A DNA stretch of 64,000 nucleotides from the NCBI RefSeq assembly GCF_009914755.1, contig NC_060930.1, one strand, 5' to 3'. The stretch's first letter is position 1. Each line of letters begins with the position of its first letter. A model generated the notes under the pieces. It did no database searches and was not told the DNA's origin. It saw nothing but the letters and a program-made list of their open reading frames with translations. The position numbers were made by a program, and so were the translations under genes. Shown one piece after another: positions 28,321-43,720 of the stretch. Source of the DNA: the human T2T-CHM13v2.0 reference genome, Homo sapiens.

Positions 28321-30886
28321 ATCAAAGAAGGATTTTATTTTGATCTTTCATGTGTATTATATGGGGCTTGTTTTTCCCCTATGCTTGGATGCAATTTTTG
28401 ACAAGTCCTCTGGTTTTTCTGCTTACAGGCAAATAATGAAATCAGTTTCTGTTCAGTGATTAAAAAGATCATCTCCACATAGTGGTACCATCCTCAAATT
28501 TAATAAGTAAGGGCTTCTTGCCATTGTCCAGCCCAGGCCTGTGTAGTAAGAGGGCTGGTTACTCTCCCCTCCCCTGCCTTATACATTACCTCCTCTTCTC
28601 CATCCCACCGAGCTTGGTTTCGGACCCTCCAGAATGGGAGAGAGGGAGAAGTTTGGGCAGAAGGGAGAAGAGCAAAACGTCTTATTAGATTAATATTGTT
28701 GGGAAATTGCATTGGTTCTTGAACTTGGCAGATATTTTATGTGACTCTTTTGTGGGTCATTTCTAGTGCCTCCTCTTACATTGTTAAGGATTCGTCTTCA
28801 GCAATTACTTTAATTTATGCAAATACAACTCTTCCTGTAGGTCACATGGTCACAGTGTCCCTAACGGTCTAGATCAGTGGCCTTGCCTGTGTACACAGCC
28901 CTGTAGAATCTCAGGCCTACCGTCATCATAATATTTATTACACAACATTTGAATTTACACAACATTTGAACATTTGAAAATGTTCTTTGTTCATTAGAAA
29001 GCTCTCTCCAACACAATCTAAGATAATCTCAGCCCAGCTCTTTCATGCATGCAGCCACATCTGGGACAAGGAGTAGAATTCACAGGACCCAAGGCACAAT
29101 CCAAAAATTATCTTCAGCCTTTTTTTTTTTTTCAGTGTCAGAGCTAGATGGTCAGAAAAGTGCTGCAAAACTGGTTTTCCCACGTTTTTTGCTTTGGTAT
29201 GTGCCATTTATTGACTGGAAACACCACTAAAATTGTTCTTCGTTAACATTCTATTATTGTTGAAAACATCATGCAAAAGGTAATAAAGATTAAGTAGTTT
29301 TAAAAGTGACAATACATTTTCTAGCTTTTGTCTGATCAAAGAGAACTGTCGTTTTGAAAGAGGATTCACTGCTGCAAAATTATCAGTGTTTTGCCACTAT
29401 CGTTTTTCTAGTTCAAGACAAAACAAAAACCTTCTAACAGGTTATATCTTTAAAGCATTGGAAAGATGACATTTCATATCAGTAACAAACTGGACTAAAC
29501 AGTAGTCAGTACTGGCATTCATGAAAGAAAAAGACATAGCCTATTGGAGGTAAAGCTGCACTATCATTCACAATGGATAAGAGTCCCCAACAGCTCGGTC
29601 AACTATAATCCCAAATATAATTTTTTCTTGCAAATACTTTTATAAACACTTGGAACACATTAGTACATTTCTTAGAACACAACTGAAAAAAAAAGACAAA
29701 ACTCTGATTGGTTTCTAACATCCTGGAAAAATATAAGAATTGCTTTGTTAATGTTGAATTTGTGTCACAAGAGAGGTTCAATATTCTGAGCCTGGGCAAA
29801 TGATCTACACATGTGAGTGTATGTGAGTGTGTGTGTGTGTTGTGTTGGGTGTGCATATCTACTTGTGATATGAAAACTGGCAACATACCCACCAGCAATT
29901 TGTGTCAATCTAAAAATGAAGAACAGAATAAAAGTGTAGACAAGAGAAACATGACTATCTAGAAATCAGGTGGGCAGATCAAGCTTCAAATGCCTTCCTT
30001 GCTTCAAACATATGCACGTGGCAGATAAAAAGTAAAAAACGAGAAAAACTAAGAGGACATAGCCAGAATCAAAAATACAGTAAACATCTCTGTTGCCAGA
30101 AAGAGAGCAGAAACATAAAATGGTGAGGGGCAAGAAATGAAAAGTTGAATGCAGGTCGTGGCGACTGAGTTTGTCTGAAGGAAAATGGAGATTAAACTTC
30201 AAATAGAATTGAAAAGAAGAAGAAAAAAGCCTCCTCACAATTTGAAACCTGAAAGTAAGACAAAAAGTCATCACTAATCTCTGTCTGCAGCCATGACTCT
30301 TGGAACATAACACATCAAGAAACCAAGTGCAGATTTTCAACCAGGAGCTAAGTCAGCTGCCCTCTGAGCTCATTCCTGAGATATGTGATATCCCCAGCCT
30401 GGCTTTGAGTCAGGAAAGCTGCTTCTATGACTTGACCTGATTCTGGATTAGGCTATACATATAAACAGAAAATCATTGGACAGGGAGGGCTTAGCACAGA
30501 GATGGGGAGTAAAGGCTTTGGGATGGTTCCACTCATTGCCAGCATATAAACCAAATTTCTAAGGCATGTGAATAAGAAAGTGAATAAAGTAAGTTAAAAC
30601 CACTTGGAATAAAAATGTGTTATAGGTTAAATGAATTGTATAGATGAGTCTGACCAGGCTTTTGAGATATGTATTAAACGTTCAAAAGGAAAACATGAAT
30701 TCTACTTATTTTTTAAAACTTGTAAAACAAAACCAGTCACAAGTAAATCAAGAACAGGTAAAGATAATAATAATCTGGCATATTTTAGGCCAGATAATTT
30801 TCTAAATGTTTTGCATGAATTAGTATGTTACTACAACTGAACGAGGTAGATACTATTATTATCTTCATTTAAAAATGAAAACAACT

Positions 30887-31201
<315 letters not shown>

Positions 31202-31445
31202 TCATACACCTAGAATGTGGAAGAGTAGTCTGGCTCTAGCATTCATAGAATATTATATTCAAACAAGAAAAAAGGCAGGACAGACCATAGTTTATAGACG
31301 GCAGAAGTGAGAATTATTGAATTGCAAAAGATTCCAACAAGAACTCAGGACAGAGCTAAATAGACAAAATTTTAAAAAGCAGGAGAAGAGAAAGTAGATC
31401 AGTTGAGAGCTTCCAACCTTTGTCTTATAAGAGAACTAGAAGACA

Positions 31446-31765
<320 letters not shown>

Positions 31766-31849
31766 CTAGAAGAGAGTGCGCGGAATGGTAACGAGGTAAT
31801 ACTTCTAAAAGGAACTGCTGGGTTTTTTTTTTTTTTTTCAGTATTTAAG

Positions 31850-32180
31850 AAATATATAAGGTCTTCAGAACACAAGGCTACTGTAAGTACCCAACAGAAA
31901 ATAAATAGCTAAATCTGTATATAGACATGCTGTAGCAAAACTGCAGAACATAAGCAAAAGAAAAACATATTAATATTCTAAAGCAATCAGGGAGAAATTT
32001 TACCTACATTAAGAGGACAATGAGAATCAACATCACTCTTGTCAAGCAACAAGAGAAGCTATGCATTAAGCAGTAATACCTTTAAAATTTACAGAAAAAA
32101 AAAACAAATAAGCTTTTAACTTTGAAAACTATTTTAAAATCAGACAGATTGCAATTACCAGATGGAAAAAATTGACACTT
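31850..32180 (+). mobile_element. Ancient L1M/HAL1 ORF1-like remnant
   Basis: 'tagacatgctgtagcaaaactgcagaac...attctaaagcaatcagggag...cctacattaagagga'. Confidence 0.5.
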
Positions 32181-32709
32181 TAAGATGTTTGCCTAGAGGT
32201 CAGATGTGCCAGGCCGGGCCTGAGACGTAAGAACTAGTTTCAGTGGGATTCTACCCAAATTGTACATGGTAGATACCCTGGGATCATTCTTACAATTCAC
32301 TGTCCTTGAAAGCCCAGAAGTCTACACTGTCACCTGGAATTCACCTGGAGATCTTTCATACAACTCCTTACCCAGTTCTTTAAGTAGTCTTTTACATGTT
32401 TTGTCTTCTGATTTGAGTAGATGGAAATCTAACCTCATCTAGGTTGCAGCTAATTTTCTTCATCACTTGAAAGTTTCAGCTTATATTTTTATACACTGAT
32501 TTCAGAGTTTACGCTCATTTTCTTGTTTTTCTTTCTTCTTTTTAATTGTTTTGTTTCTGTTTCTTAACTTTTCAATGTTGGTTAATTTCTTTATATGTAG
32601 GGTCATTTGGGTTATAGTAAGAAATGTTTTTCCTGCAAGGTTGCTAGCTATCCCTTGATAATTTTTTTCACCATTGTGTGATGGAGAAATGTAAGCTCAT
32701 AATTATTTT

Positions 32710-33210
32710 CTTGTGGTATGAACACTTATGAGATCTACCCTCTTAAAACATTTGTAAATATGCGATACTTTATCATTGACTCTAGGTACAATGTTGTACA
32801 GCAGATCTCTAGAGCTTAGTCATCTTGCTTAACTCAAACTTTAGCTCCATTGATTATTCATTCCCCATCCCCCACATCGTGTCCCAGCCCCTGGCTACCA
32901 CCATTCAATTTCTTTGATTCTATAAAGTTGACTGTTTTAGATATCCCATATAAGTGGAACCGTTCAGTATTTGTCGTTCTGTGACTGGCTTATTTCAGTT
33001 AGCACAGTGTCCTCAAGATTCATCTGTGTGTAGCCTGAGACAGAATTTCCTTCCCTTTTGAGGCTTAATATTATTCCATTGTATGTATACACATTTCCTT
33101 TACGCATTCATCTTTTGATGGACATTTAGGCTGTTTCCATGTCTCAGCTATTGTGAATCATGCTGCAATGAATATGAAGAGATTAATATCTATTTGGGAT
33201 CCTGATTTCT
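32710..33210 (-). mobile_element. L1MA9/10-like 3' end
   Basis: 'agatctaccctctt...acaatgttgtacagcagatctctagagctt...ttctgtgactggcttatttca...tggacatttaggctgtttcc'. Confidence 0.88.
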
Positions 33211-34239
33211 AGCTGTCTGATTTTAAAATGTGTTCTTTTGAACTTAGCTAAATTAATTTACAACTCTGGGAACCTTTAGAATTAAGTACAGAAGTCACAG
33301 AGCATGAAAACTCTTATTAATATTTTTATATTCACTTTAAGATAATTTGTGTTTGTTGTTTAAAATGTTTATCATGTCTTTAAAATGTGGCATATGAAGT
33401 CTTGTGACTTTAAGGTCTTAGGTGTGGGAAAATTTTGCAAGTTTATAAACACTATTGCAATGCTTTAGCTAATGTGTTTTCTATGTTTATATGTTTAATT
33501 TATTCGCTTTTTAAGAGTTACTAAAGTGTTCGGAAAGTTTTGTTGGGTTAAAAATCTTCACTTTTGGACATTTGAAGGCTACAATGTTGAGTATTTTAAA
33601 CTTATGCATAAAAATGTGATCTTTAAGGCAATTTAAAAATCTGCTTATTAATGAAGCAAATTGTTCAGAGAAATTTAATCTCTTCAAATTGAATTAATCA
33701 AATTTTAATCCAAAAACAAGTAAAAGAAAATGTTACTTTTATAAGAAAAATACTTAACTTTAAAATAAAATGGCAAAGTATGTAAGTTAAACTTAAAGGT
33801 TTAAATAAACCAGGTTTTGTATAAATGTATAACTTCAATAAATCAAATGTTAGTTTTAGAAAAGAAAGCTATTCAAGATGAACTATCATATAAACATAAG
33901 AGCAGCTTTCTTTCTCTTCTTCTTTCTTATCCTTCTTGAAAAAGTCAGTCCTAAAGACATTAGATGGGGCCAAACAACACAGGTATCCATACCACGTGTG
34001 GGGTAAGAGACAGAAAAGGAAGTGGGTGCATGGGTATCAGAATCTGAGCAGAATAAGGAAAGTGTGGACATGAGGGTTAGGAGCAGCCCAGGATAAGGTA
34101 CCAGTATCCTAGCAGGGTGAGCAGACTCAACTGACATGAGATGTCAGAGGCCGAGCAGAGTAAGGAGGTGCCCACGTGGAGAAGTAAGTGGGCTTGGGGC
34201 GTCTGTGCCTAGCAAGTTGAGGATGGCATCTGCGTCGGG

Positions 34240-35670
34240 AGGGGGCAGTGATACCTGTAAGAAATTGATTACATTGGGGGGGATTAAACAAGAAAGTAAA
34301 TTTATTGATTCTACTGGAAGCCATGTTTCTCACTATTAAAGAGAGTTCTAAATATGGAAAAAGAAGGCAAAGATGAACCTCATGGTTAGGCTTGGAATGG
34401 GACCTATACTCATGGCTTTCTAGGTAAACTGGTAAGTAAAGGTATTTTTCAGTTCTCTATGTCATGGTTTGATCAGAGAAACAGAAGTACTAAGAGTCAT
34501 ATGGAATAAAGAATTTATTATAGAGATGATGCAATCATGGGTTCTGGTTATGCAATTTACATATGGCTTCTACTTCTGCCTCTGTTGCTGGGCCAGGAGT
34601 CAGCAGCACAGGCAGTCAGGAAAGAAACATGATTGTGAAGTGGGGACAGCAAGGGAAAATTGGAACCCCGGGGTTTGAACCTATGCTGGTGTCCCACTGC
34701 TTGCAACGCTGATGAGGAGGTGATTTGTAGGAGAAACTGATGCCCATTGTCACAAAACTAAACATGTACCTGGCACAGTTCCAACAGGAGCTGGAGAAGC
34801 TGTGCATTCTCCTGCTGGCTCATGTCAACCAGATGAGAAAGCAAATTTGTGAGAATGTTCACAAGCTACAACAGCACCTGACAGGACACAGACCTTTCAA
34901 TCATAAACGTGGCTGCTACTTCCCGTTTGCCCTCCAGATCTCACCCAGCTTTCTCTTGTGGCCAATTCTAGCTCAGAATCATACTGGCAAAGGAATCTGG
35001 GAATCAAAGTTCAAGCTTAGCTAAGGTGAAACAGTACAAAGCTGCCACAATCATAAAATTTTGAAAAGTCACATTACATGAAGAAATATGACAGATACTA
35101 CTTTAGCCAAGTGAGCACTGTGATCATCTGTAATGGGATAAATTTAGATTATGTGATGCCTGATAAGATGAAATGAGAATACAGCATCTCTCCCATAATA
35201 TTTTTGTCAAAGCTTTGTAACCTGAATCTACTCTAGGGTACATCAGACAAACCCAAATTAAGTGACACTCTTCAAAATACCTGATCTATAAGATTAAAAA
35301 GTGTGAAAAATATAGAAGTCCAGGAAAGCACCCGGAACTATTCCAAATTGAAGGAGGCTTAAAAGTGTGACAATTGAATGCTATTCATGATTCTGAACTG
35401 ATTTTTTTCCTATAAGGAACGTTTTTCTGATAATTAGGAAAACTGGAATGGAACGCTGAGGTTTAATGGTAATATATCAGTTTATTTTCTGATTTTGATG
35501 ATTTACCGTGGTCATGTAGGAAAATGTCTGTTTATAAAAATAAACATTAAAGTGTTGAAGCATCGGGTTGGCTATCTGCTGTCAAATTGTCCAGGAAAAC
35601 AATCCTTGGCACTATACTTTTGCAACTTTTTAGTAAACTCAGGAGTATTTCTAAGTTAAATTAATAAATG
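34240..35670 (+). mobile_element. L1MC-type 3' UTR, split by the LTR at ~34450-35049
   Basis: 'ccatgtttctcacta...aaatatggaaaa' on the left; 'aacctgaatcta...catcagacaaacccaaatt...ggaactattccaaattgaagg' on the right. Confidence 0.65.
34450..35049 (-). mobile_element. Old ERVL-class solo LTR (LTR33/LTR41/LTR82 group)
   Basis: Left 'ggtttgatcagagaaacagaag...gaatttatta'; right 'ggaatctgggaatc...agttcaagcttagctaaggtgaaaca...gctgccaca'; subfamily uncertain. Confidence 0.6.
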
Positions 35671-35689
35671 AAAGAAAAAAAAGCAGAGT

Positions 35690-35900
35690 AGTAATAAACA
35701 TAGGAAACATTTATTGCATGTTTGCCATATGCCAAACACTGTCCTAAACCCATTTTATGTATTATCTAAATTTCATTTTCCCTTATGACTTAGAAATGAT
35801 CATTATTACATGCTTACACTAAGATGCAGAATAAGTAACATCCCAGTATCATATAGCTAGTAATTATGGAGACAGATCTGAGCTCAATTTGTCATCACAG
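35690..35900 (-). mobile_element. MIR fragment
   Basis: 'aacatttattgcatgtttgccatatgccaaacactgtcctaaa...catatagctagtaa'. Confidence 0.65.
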
Positions 35901-36349
35901 ACTACTGATAGTTTCCATATAAAATGACTAAGAGGAATTACCACAATCATATTCTTAAAAAAGAATGTGATCGGGATAAAAGGGAATATTTAAGTGTGGG
36001 ATAAAAGAAACACTGAATACAGAAATGAATAGAATAAATTGATAAATCTACAGAAAATCAATTAAAAATGTTTAAAATAGCAATATTATTTTTGATTTGG
36101 AGACTTTTCAACATATGATTAAAGAGTATCAAGGTACTTCTGATTTTAATAACAAAATTAAAAAGCTGAAAACCCAAAGGTTTTATAAAAAATTGATAGT
36201 TAAGCATGAATATTAAAATAAGCGAACCCTTAAAATCAAGGAAATACAATCTACAGCTTTGGAAATGGCAAATGAAAAAATAATTAAAAGTTGTTAATTT
36301 TAAAAAGGGAAGAGAACGAGCAATGAGAAAAGAAAATGTTAGTGAGCAA

Positions 36350-39210
36350 TTGAATAAATAATGGTAAAAATAAGTCCAGATATGTTTATCATACAATAAA
36401 AGTAAATGTGTTAAAGTAATGTATCAAATGACAAAGGCTTGTAATAAATTTTAAATCCTAGCTCACTATGCCTCTTAGGAAAAATATACCCAAAATAAAC
36501 CTACACAAAGTCTGAAAATAAAAGAATAAAAAGAGAAAAAACAGATAAATTCCAAACAAAATTTCCATATGATATGGAAAAATTATAACAGGACAAAGGA
36601 ATTTATAGAAAATGAATTGATTGTAATAGAATATAGATAATAATTATAAATAAAGAACTAATCTATCTAAAAATTATAATGGTTATCATCTAGGGATAGT
36701 CATAGTCTAGTAACATAAAAGCATAGCTTCAAAATATAAAGCAAAAGTGACAAAATAACTCTCAATCATAGTGAGAAATTTTAACACACATTTCTCAGAA
36801 ATTACAGTTCAAATACATTAAAAAATTGATAAAAAACAAATTTGAGCAATGTAATCAGTACATTTAATCATATGATATATATAAAACATATAAATATTTA
36901 TCTTTTTCTAGTACACATAAACCATTTATGAAATTAATCATGTATTAGGACACAGTGGAGTCTCAATACATTTCAAGTAACTATCATACAATATATGATT
37001 AATTTTAAACACAAAAGTTTAAAAATAATTTAAATGTCGATGACATTTGAAAACTTTCAAAAGGACTTCTAATCAACTTATGGGTTAATCTCAAGGAAAA
37101 CAATATATTTTGAACTGAACAAGAGTGAAGGAGAATTATAGCCAAGCTTAGCAATACAGAGAAAGTGCAGTTTAGGGTTTATTGTATACCTTGAACATCT
37201 TTATATTTTTTTTAAAGAGACAGACTGAAAATGGGGGAGTGACATATTCAGAAAGCTATGAAATAATGAAAGATGGACCTAAAGCAAGTAGAGAGAATAA
37301 AAATTTTTAAGTGCTAATAAAAAATGAAAAACATAAGATCCATAGAAGCAGTTGCCTATATTTTTGAAAAAGAAGTAATAAAGCATACAAATTTCAAGTA
37401 TGATTAATAAACAAAACAAAAAGGAAAAGTCACAACACAAAAGGCAATTAGTAAGTTAGATTTAGTAGATAGTTTTTAAAAGTATGCCAATAAATATAAT
37501 AAATTTGATTCCAAATTAGATAAGGAAAAAGAAAAATATATAGGCCATCCCCTTGTGTGAAGATACATGCGGAAATCCTAAATAAATTATTAGGAAATCA
37601 AAGTCTTCAGTGGTGGAAAATAGAAATACTGCAACTGAATAAAGTTTATTACAATAGACAAAATGAGGAGAGTGGGAGGAAGGTGAGGTTCGAAAATCTA
37701 CCTATTGGGTACTACGCTCACTACCTGGGTAACAAAATCATTTGTACACCGAACTTCAGTGACACAAAATTTACCCATGTAACTAAACTGCATTTGTACT
37801 CTCGAGTGTAAAATAGAAGTTGAAAAGAAAAAAAAGAAGTTATAATTCCCAAATTAATCTCTAAATTAAACTGAAGTCAATAAAATACCAAAAAGCTGCT
37901 GTTTAAAATAAAATGGTGACAGAAGATGAAAATGGCCAAAAAAAAAAAAAAAAAAAAAAAAAAGACACCACTGGAGAATGGCAAGATGGGAGAAATTTGT
38001 GAAGACAAGTAAGATATACTTGCAAGTACTATATTATTAGCTCAATTACTAAACAAGGATAGAACAGAAACTATGAAAACAGACACCTGTACATATGTAT
38101 TTACATATATACATATATGTTTATAGTATATATATGTGTGTGTATATATATTCTATATACATATATATGCATGCATGTATATACACAGTACATACATATA
38201 TACTATATTTATACATATACATATATAGTATACTGTACACTGCACTTATATACTAAGGTGTACATATATATATATTTATGTGTGTCTCTGCTCTGTTCCA
38301 GTGGTTTGTGTATATATGTGTATGTGTGTGTGTATTTATATATAGATGTCTATCTCCCATGACAGAAGTAAAATTATAAATTAATATGGAGATAATGGCT
38401 GATGCATTTAATAGTAATGCAAATACTTTTTAATCTGTAGGAAAAAAAATTAGATTTCGAATTCATATCCTGCACAAAAATGTGTGGATTTATAGCTTAA
38501 GTACAAAGACAAAGCTTTACATTCCTAGAAGGAAATATAGAAGAATATCTTAATAAATTAAGGGTTAAGGAATAATTTCTTAGGGACCCTAAAATACAGG
38601 CCATGAAGAAGAAACCTAGAAAAGTTATTAAATTAAAATTAAGATTTTAAAAATATATAAAATATATACATATATGTTCCATATATGTATTCAAACATCT
38701 ATACATATAGATAGGGTAAAAATATTAACAAAAAATCTAAGTAAAATGTGCAGATGTGTTCTTTGTACTATTTTTATTCTTAAAACATTTCTGTATGTTT
38801 GAGATCATTGTCAAGTAAAAGTATTTTAAAAGACAATATAAGGAGACTAAAAATAGTAGCTACAGACTAAAGAACAAAAACAATCTAGGGCACAAAGAAA
38901 AGCTTATCTAGAATATATAAGGAAATATAATAAATCACTAAGAGAAAGAATCCAACATAAAAATGAGCAAAGCATGTGAACAGGCAATTCATAGGACAGA
39001 AACACTAAATGATCTTAAACATATGAAAACATGATCAATTCCACTAATCAAAAAGGAGTTGCAAATTAAAGTGAGATACCTTGTGTTTTTATCCAAGTGA
39101 TAAAAGTTAAATATTTTGAAAAAAGAAAGCTAAGAGTGTTGAAAAAATGGAAGTCTCATGTGCTTCTGGTGGAAGAATAAATTGGTACAACCACATTGGG
39201 GAACAATTTG
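36350..39210 (+). mobile_element. Highly decayed L1M ORF2 remnant with a nested younger L1P 3' fragment (~37655-37835) and a TA/TG tract (~38090-38345)
   Basis: Strong A skew; 'caatcatagtgagaaattttaacac', 'atgcggaaatcctaaataaattattaggaaa', 'catgtgaacaggcaattcatag'; nested 'ctacctattgggtactacgctcactacctgggt'. Confidence 0.7.
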
Positions 39211-40019
39211 TAGTACGTGTATGTAGGAGTCAAGTCATTATTGACAGCAGAATGTCCCAGACATTGTTGAAAGGGGGAAATACTTCCTTTGAAAATGAAA
39301 TGCTGCCTATCTGGGTTGACCTGCTGGGGCTAGTTTCAGAGACTGGCTGTTTTCTGCACCCTTTCTTACAAAATAGTCCTAGCAGTACAGATGCTCTCAA
39401 CAACTGCCTCAGTACTGAAGCTACACATCAGCTAGATCTACATCAGATAATGAGATGGAAGCCAATGACTCAGCAAGCCAGTTGGTTGTTTCCAAATATA
39501 CACACCTTTGTTTTCCAGAGTAAAGTTTTACACAAAACGATTTCAACACACATGGTGGCAGAATATCAAAACAACTCCGACAGTGACATTTGGCTAAAGT
39601 GATGAGAGGTGGGATTTTAATGTGCAAGCTTGATTAAAATAATAAGTTTCATCATTGCTACTTTGTTTTGATAATTTAAGTGCAAGTGAAAAACAGCAGA
39701 AGGTATTGTTTCTTTGGAAGGAGCTCTCATGACTCAATGCTTTAAATGCTCTCTGACTCCTTGAAGTTTTCCCTTTGTGACAATTTATCACTCTGTAACA
39801 GGCAAAGCATTTTTTGAGTTTTTGCAACAGCCCTCAGACAGAAACTTACCCCTATTCCTGTTAAAAAATGTTTGCTGTTGAATATTGTAATTCTCACGTA
39901 TATCTTTTTCATGTCCACTAATGCCTGAGTTTGCTTTTAGGTATGCTTCTCCAGGGATAATTTTATTAAAATGAACTTATATGAAGTGTTATGTCATTAT
40001 TTGCTACTCATTTGAGTCA

Positions 40020-40340
40020 ATCATTCCTTTCAACCACAGATTTTATTGAGTGCCAACAAGGTGACTTGCTGTGACCCCAGTGCTGGATACAATAACAGCC
40101 AACATTTATTGAACATTTATTATGTGGCAGGCATTGTTCTGACAGTTTTATGTGAATTACCTCATTCATTCTTTCCAAGAACTCTATGAGGTAGACAGTA
40201 TTATCCCATTTTACAGGTGAGGAAACAGTTGCAAAGGGAGGTTGAATTATTTGTTCCAGGTCACTCAGCTAGCAAGTAGTAGATCTGAGATTTAAACATG
40301 GACAAGCTGGCTTTAGAGAATATACTTCTAGCTAGTAAGT
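40020..40340 (-). mobile_element. L2 3' end followed by MIR
   Basis: 'tttattgagtgccaac'; 'cccattttacaggtgaggaaac...aggtcactcagctagcaagt'. Confidence 0.8.
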
Positions 40341-41099
40341 GATTTTGCCTCTTCTAAAAAGTAAATCTATTTTATGTCATCAATATCAAAAAACAAAAGT
40401 AGGCATGGTAGATTTTGCACCATAGTACATAATAATTTTAACAAGTGTGCCATTTTCATAGTTACAGTTTAGCAAAATTATTGAACCCATTGCTTCCCTT
40501 TAACCTTTTTTGAGTTCAATGTAGAAAAAAGATGGCATTGGAAATTAACGTTTAAAGGTCAGACTTGTGGGTCTTGACAATTACTAAGTTGTGGAGGTTT
40601 CAAAATGTGGAGGATGCGGAGTCAAGATATTCTAAGGAAAGAAACTGGCTGAGAGGTTTAGACAGCTGAGCAAATGCATCAGGGAAGCAGGCAGCCTCGA
40701 ACCAGGCATAGTGAGGTTCTGGCATAGGGTCAAATGTTGAGTTTCAGTAACTCGTCACTTTTCTCAGTCCTTGCTTTCTACGTCCGTTCCTTTAGGATTC
40801 GGGTCTTGTTTCTGCTCCCAGTTCTTGCAGGGATTACTGTATGGTTGTTCAAGGGTCATTTACCTCATTTGTGTTACCTCATCTTATCCTCATAGTTTCA
40901 ATGGTAAGAAGCAAAGATGATGTTCACTTTTCTGGAGTACACTGGCTTCAGAGGTATTATGAAACTTACCCAATATATCATCATTAAAAAAAGGCAGGAC
41001 TTAGAGCACAGCCCTGTAACCTAGGACTCTGGACTATCTCTAGAAGGCCCATCTAATCATTCCATCTTTAAAGGAAAACATAAAACCTACCTTGGCACA

Positions 41100-41760
<661 letters not shown>

Positions 41761-42557
41761 GGAAAGTCTATAATTTTAAGTTTGGCAATGACTCTCACAA
41801 TATTATTATATTTGACCTTCAGCATATGATGAACAGCTCTCATTCCTCTTGAACTTGTTACTGGCAGTGGTATACAAGGTGGGGCAGTTCACAGCAGAAT
41901 ACACGAGAATGTTTGGCAAGATTGGTCCAAGCATCTGAGTTCCTCTAGATTGTTGAGAGACGGAGAACTAAAACAAATGTTTCAGTACTAGTGGGTTAAA
42001 ATGATCCTCTTCAAATTGTGTGTAAAGTGCAATGCTGAGTCATGTAGTGTTAGTATTTGCAATTTTTTATAAGAATTCAGAAAAAAATACTTCATGCAGA
42101 GAAGTGTTTAAATTATTACTATAATGTCTCTATACATTTTCACCAAAAGCTGACAGCTTTAACATTCAAATAAAGTAATTGAAATACATAATAAATAAAA
42201 TGAAATGTAGAGAGAGCATATTGCTATTGCCTAATAAAGAGTGTTGCGAATAAAAAGCAATATTATTTTTTTAAAGAAGGAAATAATGTAGACCCAGAGT
42301 TTAACGCAGTAGTAGAGATATGAAAATAACAGTAACTCCTGTTATTTAGTAAATAGTTAACACACACTTTTAAACTTAAAACTATTTACAATGTTTACTT
42401 GGTAGTTATTTAAAGCAAAAATAACCTAAAATAACTAGTAGTTATTTAAAATATATGAGAATTTAATATTGAAATCGAGTATTTTTATAGAAAACTTTTT
42501 GTTAGATTTTGCATATGATTGAAGGAAGAACTCTCCTCCAAACTCCCCCACCAAAAG

Positions 42558-42870
42558 TTTTTTTTGTGTTTCGTTTTTTGTTTTTTTGAGACAGAGTTTC
42601 GCTCTTGTTGCCCAGACTGGAGTGCAGTGGGGCGATCTCGGCTCACTGCAACCTCTGACTCCTGGGCTCAAGCCATTCTCTTGCCTCTGCCTCAGGAGTA
42701 GCTGGGACTACAGGCACCCACCACCAAAGCCCGGCTAATTTTTGTGTTACTAGTAGAGACGGGGCTTCACCATGTTCACCAGGCTGGTCTCAAACTCCTG
42801 ACCTCAGGTGATATGCCCACTTTGGTCTCCCAAATACTGGGATTACAGGTGTGAGCCACCACACCCAGCC
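42558..42870 (-). mobile_element. AluSq/Sp-like SINE
   Basis: 'gagtttcgctcttgttgccc'; full dimer. Confidence 0.92.
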
Positions 42871-43129
42871 CGAAAGTTTATTATTGATAGGTATCTTGAA
42901 GAAAATCAGGACTAAAGCATTTTGATTTGGACCATCATCTTTCTGTGCAGTGTGTGCATAGCATTCTTTGTTACATTGTCTATCTGCTTGGTGTGCATGT
43001 GTGCTCACACATGTGCGTGTGAGTGTATGTGTGCATGTGTATGTGTGTGGGAGTATGTTTTTATTTGACAGTGAGTGCACTAAGAATTTCCTGTGGTGCC
43101 AGCACACAGCAAAAGGTGGTTGGAAATGA

Positions 43130-43720
43130 TGAAAGATTTATTTGAAAGCAAACTCAGTCATTCATTAAGCTGTGCCCATTATAAATTATTCAGCCTCTCT
43201 GGACCTCAATGTCCCCATTTATAAAACGGGAAAATATAACAATTAGTACTAGTACATACAGAGTACCTGTAATACATAGTATACCATATAGACATAATAA
43301 ATTATAGCTGTGGATATTATCATTGTTATTCTTATTCAGTTATATTTGGCTAATTGCTCAGCAATACTTGGGCTATACTCTTAGCCCTGCCTTTATTAAT
43401 CCTAAATATTAAAGATTAGACTTGACACACTTTAGTTCCGAGACCTGTGACCTTCCACACTGCCTATATCATAGTCACCAACAATAATTATTTACTGGAA
43501 TGGTTAGATAGTGCTTTGTGTTTGCAAATTGCTTTCCAGCATTTAAAACCCTTTAGTCTTACAGCAACCCTATGGTGTTGATGTCACCTTGACCATTTTG
43601 CTTATTAGGAAGTTAAGGCCTGGGAAAGTTAGAAAAAAAAAAAAACCTGCTATCATTTGGTCAGGGCTGGAGCAGGGATCAAACACAGGTTTGGGACTAT
43701 AAAGCTCTACCCTTCCCATC
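43130..43720. mobile_element. Two MIR fragments in opposite orientation (~43130-43335 +, ~43500-43720 -)
   Basis: 'cagcctctctggacctcaatgtccccatttataaaacggg'; 'cttacagcaaccctatg...ccattttgc...ggaagttaaggcc'. Confidence 0.6.

Noticed and set aside
39147-39602. 151-aa ORF
   Set aside because: Begins in decayed L1 sequence and has no recognisable motif; length is compatible with chance in 64 kb x 6 frames
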